Assembly: GCA_036012755.1 (NCBI GenBank)
Contig: DASCPX010000193.1
Span: 53,092-117,091 of the forward strand
Direction of reading: 5' to 3'
Length of the DNA: 64,000 nt
Source of the DNA: Myxococcota bacterium
GTDB taxonomy: Bacteria > Myxococcota_A > UBA796 > CAJQPC01
A program made the position numbers and the translations under genes. Shown here one piece after another: positions 57,662-64,000 of this stretch. The notes below the pieces were generated by a model that ran no database searches, was not told the DNA's origin, and saw only the letters and a program-made list of their open reading frames with translations. Numbering within the stretch: the stretch's first letter is position 1; each line of letters begins with the position of its first letter.

Positions 57662-58929
57662 TCCTTCTCTTGTTTGCATGCGCCGACGACGAACCGGCCG
57701 TTCCGGGCCCCGGCGAGCACCTCTGGCTCGACGACGAGGGCCGCCACGTCATGCACCGGGGCATGAACGTCAACAACACGGCAAAAGGCAGCGAGGACAA
57801 CCTCCCCGGCCTCGAGGACCACGAGATCGACCTCCTCGTGACCCACGGCGTCACCCTCGTGCGCTACCTCGTCTTCTGGCACGCCCTGGAGCCGGTCGCC
57901 GGCGAGTACGACGAGGCCTACGTGCAGCGAGTGGCAGACGACATCGGCCGCTTCACCGACCGGGGACTCTCCGTCCTCGTCGACATGCACCAGGACGTCT
58001 ACGGCGAGGGCTTCGGACACGCGGGCCTGCCCGCCTGGACCTGCGACCAGGCGCTCTACGACAGCTACGTGCCCCCCACCGGCTCCTGGTACCTGGCCTA
58101 CGCCCGGGTCGAGGTCCAGGAGTGCTTCGACCGCTTCTGGGCCAGCGAGGAGCTCCAGCAGGCCAACGCCGACGCATGGGCCGAGCTCTCGGTGGTTCTG
58201 GCAGAGGACCCCGGCGTCGTGGCCTTCGAGGTCATGAACGAGCCCTTCTGGGGAACGATAGAGGTCGAGCAGTTCGAGGGCGAGGTCCTCCCGGCCTTCT
58301 ACGCCACGGTGGCGGATGCCCTGCCCGCGGATCGGCCGGTCGTCGTCGAGCCGAGCGTGAGCGCGAACGTGCTCAAGGAGACCTCGCTCGCGCTGCCCGA
58401 CGGAGACTGGATCCTGGGGCCGCACTACTACCCGCTCTACGCAGAGGAGGGGCTGGGCTTCGACGGGGACTTCGACGAGGAGGAGGCGGACCTGCGCTGG
58501 TGGGCAACAGAGGCAGAAGAGCGAGACATCCCCTTGCTGATCGGGGAGTTCGGCATCTTCTCCGACTTCGGCAACGAGGCCGACTACGTGCGCTCGCTGG
58601 TGGACGTCATCGCCGAAGAGGGAGGCTCCACCGCCTACTGGTCCTACGACCGCAACGACAGCTGGGCGCCGCTGACCTCTGAGGGCGAGGCGGGAGCCGG
58701 CCTGGAGGGCTACGACCGCCCCTGGCTCCACCGCACGCCCGGGCCCTTCGTGGTCGACACGCTGGGCTGGCGGATCACCGGGACCTCGGTGCAGGCGGAC
58801 ATCGAGGTGGTCGTCCCCGGGACCTGCGAGCCCGATGGGGACTGGGACCCCATCCGGCGCGTGCTGTCGATCCCGGCCCCGGCCCCGGGAGAGGAGCTGG
58901 TGGTGCTCGTGGACGGCTGCAGCCCCTGA
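57658..58929 (+). CDS. GH5 glycoside hydrolase lipoprotein, endoglycoceramidase-like
   Basis: RGMN, DMHQD, MNEP acid/base, HYY, IGEFG nucleophile; MILLLFAC. Confidence 0.88.
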   Translation: MILLLFACADDEPAVPGPGEHLWLDDEGRHVMHRGMNVNNTAKGSEDNLPGLEDHEIDLLVTHGVTLVRYLVFWHALEPVAGEYDEAYVQRVADDIGRFTDRGLSVLVDMHQDVYGEGFGHAGLPAWTCDQALYDSYVPPTGSWYLAYARVEVQECFDRFWASEELQQANADAWAELSVVLAEDPGVVAFEVMNEPFWGTIEVEQFEGEVLPAFYATVADALPADRPVVVEPSVSANVLKETSLALPDGDWILGPHYYPLYAEEGLGFDGDFDEEEADLRWWATEAEERDIPLLIGEFGIFSDFGNEADYVRSLVDVIAEEGGSTAYWSYDRNDSWAPLTSEGEAGAGLEGYDRPWLHRTPGPFVVDTLGWRITGTSVQADIEVVVPGTCEPDGDWDPIRRVLSIPAPAPGEELVVLVDGCSP

Positions 58930-59719
58930 GCTTCGACGTCGTCATCATCGGCTACGGCTACGGGGGCATGCTCCCGGCGCTGAAGCTCGCCCGCGCTGGA
59001 GCGAAGGTCGCGCTGATCTAGCGAGGCCGACGCTGGGACTTCGAGGAGTTCCAGCGCACCTACCATCCGGCCTACCTCGAGCAGCTCTACGAGGTGCGGT
59101 GGTCCACCGAACTGACCGAGATCTACAGGGGGGCTCGCATCCTCGGCGGCGGCTCGGTGCTCAACGACATGATGCACCAGCGCACCCCGCGCGAGGCCTT
59201 CGACTGGGTCGACCCCGACACGATGCGGCGGGCCTGGCCCAGAGAGGTGGACCGCAGGGCCCTGGACCCGCACTACCGGGAGCTGGAAGAGCTGCTCGGA
59301 GTCCGCCACCTGAGCTGGGCGGACATCTCGATGATCGGCGGCAGCTTCGCTCGCATGTTCGCCGAGGCAGGCCTGAGCTGCGACCGTGGGCGCTTCAACT
59401 TCGGCTGGTGCGGTCGCTGCGGCTTCTGCGAGGCCGGCTGCGACGTGCCCTCCGCCAAGATCACCCTGGTCCACAAGGTGCTGCCGGAGCTCGAAGCCAC
59501 GGGCAACGCCGAGATCCACGAGCTCACCACAGCCCTTCGCATCACGCGGACCGCTGGAGGCTACGCGGTCGAGGTGGAGCCAGAGGGCCGCTTCGAAGCG
59601 CCGAAGGTGATCTGCGCCGCCGGGCCGCTGGGCACCGTGCCGCTGCTGCTGCGCTCCGAGCGCGCCCTTGGTGGACTCCCGGCGACCCTGGGCCGGTGGA
59701 TCAGCAACACCTGTCCTGA
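58926..59719 (+). pseudogene. GMC oxidoreductase remnant (in-frame TAG, C-terminal half missing)
   Basis: FDVVIIGYGYGG...KVALI*RG (TAG 59019-59021 at the conserved Glu), LGGGSVLN, CGRCGFCEAGC, AAGPLGT; runs into the convergent kinase gene. Confidence 0.8.
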
Positions 59720-59721
59720 AA

Positions 59722-60768
59722 TCACTCGAACGGCAGCTCCACGACCACTCGAGCGCCGCCGAGGTGACCGTCCTCGAACCAGATGCGGCCACCGTGGGCC
59801 CGGATCGAGCGCTGGGCGAGCGGGAGTCCCAAGCCGCTGCCCCGGGTCCGCAGCGTGAAGAAGGGCTCGAAGACACGCTCGCGCAGCTCGGGGTCGAGGC
59901 CGGGGCCGTCGTCGTCGATGCTGAGCAGGCAGGTCGTGCCCACGGCTCGCTGGCCCACCTGCACCACCCCGCGCCCGTCCACCGCCTGCCCCGCGTTCAG
60001 CAGCAGGTTCAAGAGGACACCGCGGAGCTGCTCGGGGTCGGCGGAGACCGTCGCCTGACCCAGGTCTCGCCGAAGGTCGATCTCGTCGAAGAGGGAGTCC
60101 TTCGACGCTTCCTCCAGCACCAGCCGCACCCAGCGCCCGAGGTCGATCGGCCGCCGGGTCGGCGTCTTGGGTCGCGCGAAGTCGAGCAGCTCCGTCAGGG
60201 TGTCGTTCAGGCCCCGGATGCGGATGCGGACGTCCCCGACCACGCGCAGCTCACGACTGCCTTCTTCGAGGCGCCCCTCGATGACCTGCAGGGTCGCCGC
60301 GATCCCGGCCAGGGGGTTGCGGATCTCATGGGCGATCGCAGCAGCCACCTCGCCCATCTTCACCAGCTCCCGGCGCTCGGCCAGGGCTCTCTCGCTGGCC
60401 CTGAGGCGCTCTTGCGTGCGCTGCTGCAGGGTCACGCCGACGGCGGTGGTCCAGACAGCGAAGATGGCGAGACCTCGATTGGCGATGACGATGCCCGGGT
60501 CTCCGGCTGGCAGCGAGAGGTAGAAGCCCGTGATGGTCAGCGCCGTGCCGATGAGCGCGAAGACGACGGCGTGGTGGCGATAGGGCGACCAGAAGCCCAA
60601 CAGGACGGGGACGATGTAGGGCACGCCACCGGCGAAGCCCAGCGGGAAGGCCGTGTCCATGGCCAGGATGAACATCGAGAGCGCGCCGGTGGCGGCCAGC
60701 GCCCAGCTCTTGTGGAGCGCCGTAGTGGCAGCCTCGTCGCCCTCTTGGTTGGGCGTGTCCTGGCTCAT
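59722..60768 (-). CDS. membrane sensor histidine kinase
   Basis: N-terminal TM helices, AHEIRNPL, NLLLNA, DDGPG, GSGLGL. Confidence 0.92.
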   Translation of the reverse strand: MSQDTPNQEGDEAATTALHKSWALAATGALSMFILAMDTAFPLGFAGGVPYIVPVLLGFWSPYRHHAVVFALIGTALTITGFYLSLPAGDPGIVIANRGLAIFAVWTTAVGVTLQQRTQERLRASERALAERRELVKMGEVAAAIAHEIRNPLAGIAATLQVIEGRLEEGSRELRVVGDVRIRIRGLNDTLTELLDFARPKTPTRRPIDLGRWVRLVLEEASKDSLFDEIDLRRDLGQATVSADPEQLRGVLLNLLLNAGQAVDGRGVVQVGQRAVGTTCLLSIDDDGPGLDPELRERVFEPFFTLRTRGSGLGLPLAQRSIRAHGGRIWFEDGHLGGARVVVELPFE

Positions 60769-60839
60769 CGGCCGACCACGACCCAGAGCTAACGAGCCTG
60801 CACACGGCGGGAGACCCACCGTGCGCAGGCTGTCGACCC

Positions 60840-61955
60840 TCAGGGGAGGGCGTTGATGACATCGACCAGGCCGTCTGTGTCGGTCTCGATGAAGTCATCC
60901 GCGCTGGCGAACACCGTGACGTGGTTCTCCTCGATGGTCTGTGACTGGATCGCGTAGCTCCAGTCTCCGTCGAGCTCCGTCACGAAGATGACGTGCACCT
61001 TGAGACCGATGGGGATGAGCCCGTAGTGCTCGCTGAAGAGCTCGGTGTCCGAGTCGTAGGTGTCGAACTGGGCGAGGGCGGTGGGCTCGCCGTCGTAGGA
61101 CAGGTACACGGCACAGTTCTCGTCATCCCAGCCATCGGGGACGTCGACATGGATCGTCGTCTTGGGGCGGGGGTCCGACCACCACTTGTCGATGTTGGTC
61201 CAACCGAACTCGCTGGAGAGCATCCAGTACGAGCCCCCGACGCCATCGCCATCGCCTTCGATCCCGAAGCCGTCGCGGTCCTGCTTCTCCTCGACCCACA
61301 CGACCTCGTCGTCGATGCCGACACCTGCGCCCGCGGGGTCCTCGCCTCGGAACAACACCATCTCCGTGTCGGCTCCGCCGGTGTTCTCGGCCGGAGCCAT
61401 CAAGAACATCGGGTCTGCCAGCGACAGGGCCTCTCCGTCCTGGGTGGCGCTCACGAAGTGCTCGCCGCCCGACACGAGCTGGGCCATCTCACCGCTGTTG
61501 TTCCGACCCACGCTGGGGACGTCGGCCACGAGCATGTTGCCCTTGGCATAGAGCTCGATGAGCTCGATCTCGATGTCACCGGCCACTACGGCGCCATCCT
61601 GGTCGAGGAGGCTGTTCGCCGAGAACATCACCGTGGTCCCCTGGGTGCCCTCGACGCTGGAGTACTCCCCGGCGTCGACGGAGAAGGTCTGGACCAATCC
61701 GGCCCGCGCCTCGCCGGAGAGAGCGCCGAAGGCCTCTGCGCTCGGCGGCTCCTGGCCCTGCGGCTCACCGGTGTCGCCGGTGTCGCGGGCCGTGTCGCCG
61801 GTGTCGCGGGCCGAGTCACCGGTGTCCGCGGACGAGTCGACGCCAGAGTCGCGGGGATCCGGGTCCGCCGGGTCGTCGAGCGGCGGCATGCAGCCCGCCA
61901 GGCTGAAGACGACGGCGCCGATGGCCAGGTTGAAGAAGGTCGTGTCGGTCCTCAT
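60840..61955 (-). CDS. hypothetical lipoprotein with canonical signal peptide
   Basis: MRTDTTFFNLAIGAVVFSLAGC, GAGGAG RBS; ARDTGD repeats; LVSGGE, FGWTNID motifs. Confidence 0.8.
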   Translation of the reverse strand: MRTDTTFFNLAIGAVVFSLAGCMPPLDDPADPDPRDSGVDSSADTGDSARDTGDTARDTGDTGEPQGQEPPSAEAFGALSGEARAGLVQTFSVDAGEYSSVEGTQGTTVMFSANSLLDQDGAVVAGDIEIELIELYAKGNMLVADVPSVGRNNSGEMAQLVSGGEHFVSATQDGEALSLADPMFLMAPAENTGGADTEMVLFRGEDPAGAGVGIDDEVVWVEEKQDRDGFGIEGDGDGVGGSYWMLSSEFGWTNIDKWWSDPRPKTTIHVDVPDGWDDENCAVYLSYDGEPTALAQFDTYDSDTELFSEHYGLIPIGLKVHVIFVTELDGDWSYAIQSQTIEENHVTVFASADDFIETDTDGLVDVINALP

Positions 61956-62087
61956 GAGAGTCTCCTCTTGTTGTGCTGATCGGGCCAGGCGGCTCGCCGG
62001 GCTCACTGCTGATCAAGGGGACGCGGACTGGGGAGTTTCACGTCGGGGCCGCGATGGTTCCTGGCGACGCCCCCGGCGGCGGGTCAA

Positions 62088-62840
62088 ATGACGATAGCCA
62101 CCAGGCCCATGAAGCTCTCCGACGCCATCGTCGCGCCAGACTCCAGCTGGAGTCAGGGTCGCAGCCTCTTCGGGGGGCTGCTGTCTGCCGCGGCGCTCCG
62201 CTCCATGCGGGCGCTCGTGCCCGACCGACCGTTGCGCGGCCTGCAAGCGGCCTTCATCGCGCCGGTCTCAGCCCCCTTCGGTCTCGACGCCACCCTGGTC
62301 CGCGCGGGCAAGCACCTCTCCCACGCCCGCGCGTCGATCGGCGATGCCTTCTGGGCGCAGGCCACCTTCGGTCACCCAAGGGCCTCTGCCATCTCCCTCT
62401 GCCCGGAAGCCGTCGAGCTCCCCGAGGAAGGCAAGGAGCTGCCCTTCCTCGCTGGGGTCACGCCGGAGTTCACCCGCCACTTGCGACACCGGTGGATCTC
62501 AGGCGGCCTGCCCTTCTCCTTCTCGGAGCGGTCGTCGTTCTCGGGGACCTGCGCCTTCCGGGACGCCGAGCCAGCCACAGAGGAGCACATCGTCGCCCTG
62601 CTGGACTGCTGGCCCTCGCCGGTCCTCCAGATGCTCGACAACGTGACCAACAGCTCGACGGTCAGCTGGACCGTCCAGCGGACCTCTGCGCCGATCGAGG
62701 GCGACGCCAGCGACGACTGGTACTTCAGCGCCCGGACCGCTCATGCCGACGAGGGCTACGCAGAGGTCCACGGCACGCTCCACGACCCGCGCGGACGCCT
62801 CGTGGCGACGATGCAGCAGTTGGTAGCTGTCTTCGGCTGA
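62088..62840 (+). CDS. acyl-CoA thioesterase, TesB-like double hotdog
   Basis: WSQGRSLFGG, LLDCWP, STVSW, G.L.A...Q. Alternative start at 62109. Confidence 0.85.
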   Translation: MTIATRPMKLSDAIVAPDSSWSQGRSLFGGLLSAAALRSMRALVPDRPLRGLQAAFIAPVSAPFGLDATLVRAGKHLSHARASIGDAFWAQATFGHPRASAISLCPEAVELPEEGKELPFLAGVTPEFTRHLRHRWISGGLPFSFSERSSFSGTCAFRDAEPATEEHIVALLDCWPSPVLQMLDNVTNSSTVSWTVQRTSAPIEGDASDDWYFSARTAHADEGYAEVHGTLHDPRGRLVATMQQLVAVFG

Positions 62841-62872
62841 GCGATGCTACGGTGCTCTCTTCGGCACCGCGG

Positions 62873-63844
62873 ATGCGACCAGTGATTCTGCTTTCATGCC
62901 TCTCCTGCAGCGACTACAGCCTGCAGGGCAAGCAAGACGTGCTCCCTGGCGAACCGGGTGAGTCCGCCGAGCCGCTGCCCGGGCTGGAGGTCTCCCCCCG
63001 CAGCCACGACTTCGGCGCGCTGGATGTCGGAGGGAGCTCGGATGTGGCCATCGCCCTTCAGAGCATCGGCGATGTCCCCGTGACCGTGAGCCGCCTGGAG
63101 TGGGCGGGCAGCACCGACCTCTTCTACACGCCGCCCGGGGACCTCCCGCTCACCCTGGAGCCCGGCGAGTCAGAGGTCATCGTCGTGAGCTACACGCCGA
63201 CCGACGAAGGCGCCGACGAGGCCCTGCTGAACGTCATCTCCGACGACCCGGACGACCCCGAGCAGGACGTCGATCTCTCAGGATCCGCCAAGACCTTCGA
63301 GGGCTTCTCGACCGGCTGGTACGTCGTCGACGACGGCGTCGCCTACGAGACCACCAGCAACGGCTCCTACGTCGTGGACCATCACGGCGACACCGATCTG
63401 TACTGGTACGAGCCCTCCGGCGCCCACGGGCTGCTCGGCTCCTCCGACGCCCAGGCCGACTTCGCCCTGATGAGGGACTACGTCATCGCTCGCGCGGGCT
63501 CGCCCTACCCTGCGACCGAGCCCTTCGACTACGACGCCAGCAGCTCGCTGGCCACCTTCGAGTACGCCACCTTCACCTACTTCCTCTGCGACTTCTGGCT
63601 CGACGCTGGCGAGGACCCCAGTCTCTACACGATCGCCTCGGGCAGCGTCGACGACGGCATCCAGGTGATGGTCAACGGCGAGATCCTGGGCCACCTGAAG
63701 CTCGGCGAGACCGGCGAGTGGCCGCTGTCGAACGCAAACCCCGGCGAGGTCAACACCCTCGTCGTCATCCTCGTCGACGACTCCGCCGTCAACAAGTACA
63801 TCCACGACCTCGGCTTCTACAAGGACGGGGTCTTCGTACAGTGA
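62873..63844 (+). CDS. lipoprotein with Ig-like (choice-of-anchor D/ASH-like) domain
   Basis: MRPVILLSCLSC; VSPRSHDFG...LEPGES...YTP...SDDPD...LSG. Confidence 0.75.
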   Translation: MRPVILLSCLSCSDYSLQGKQDVLPGEPGESAEPLPGLEVSPRSHDFGALDVGGSSDVAIALQSIGDVPVTVSRLEWAGSTDLFYTPPGDLPLTLEPGESEVIVVSYTPTDEGADEALLNVISDDPDDPEQDVDLSGSAKTFEGFSTGWYVVDDGVAYETTSNGSYVVDHHGDTDLYWYEPSGAHGLLGSSDAQADFALMRDYVIARAGSPYPATEPFDYDASSSLATFEYATFTYFLCDFWLDAGEDPSLYTIASGSVDDGIQVMVNGEILGHLKLGETGEWPLSNANPGEVNTLVVILVDDSAVNKYIHDLGFYKDGVFVQ

Positions 63845-64000
63845 AGCTGACGGTCTCGGGAGACAACCTCGCCGAGTCGATGGGCCTGCTCTCCGGCATG
63901 GTCCCCACGCCCCTGGTCCACATCACCTTCGGCATGGGCTACGCCCGCGCGGTCGTCGCCGCGACCCGGCTCGGTGTCTTCGACGCGCTGGGACGGGGGG
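63841..64000 (+). CDS. SAM-dependent O-methyltransferase, N-terminal dimerisation region, 3'-partial
   Basis: GTGA overlap; MKLTVSGDNLAESMGLLSGMVPTPL...ARAVVAATRLGVFDAL. Confidence 0.65.
   Translation, partial: MKLTVSGDNLAESMGLLSGMVPTPLVHITFGMGYARAVVAATRLGVFDALGRG

Noticed and set aside
62010..62062. ECF-sigma-like GGAAC/GAAAC...CGT elements upstream of the 61955 gene
   Set aside because: Spacing between the elements does not fit the usual 16-17 nt.
61973..62872. N-terminal extension of the 623-aa ORF
   Set aside because: Off-frame overlap with the thioesterase gene; the lipoprotein starts near 62873.

Overview
GC-rich, very gene-dense bacterial chromosomal window with about 55 CDS. No rRNA, tRNA or CRISPR array is visible. 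Gene content (Ser/Thr kinase plus FHA regulator, Cys/Asp-rich surface proteins, a MYXO-CTERM-like tail) suggests a Myxococcota-like organism; this is inference. The most striking pattern: about 15 predicted exported lipoproteins begin with an ultra-short, uncharged signal (e.g. MILLLAC, MWLLFAC, MLLFVLAC; Cys at residue 7-10). Most of these cannot be extended upstream and many are followed by an acidic DD(S/T) tether, so this may be a non-canonical lipoprotein export signal. Second pattern: a TANNNT -10-like hexamer 6-8 nt before many start codons that lack a Shine-Dalgarno, which is a leaderless-mRNA signature; several of these hexamers are built on the TAG stop of the upstream gene. Other points: a KAS III + PAPS-sulfotransferase pair divergent from an arylsulfotransferase-containing lipoprotein operon; a ~206-bp fully palindromic MITE-like element; an IS5/IS903-group element with a mutated catalytic Asp and no target duplication; and several broken genes (two in-frame TAGs, one G7 frameshift, a truncated GMC oxidoreductase).
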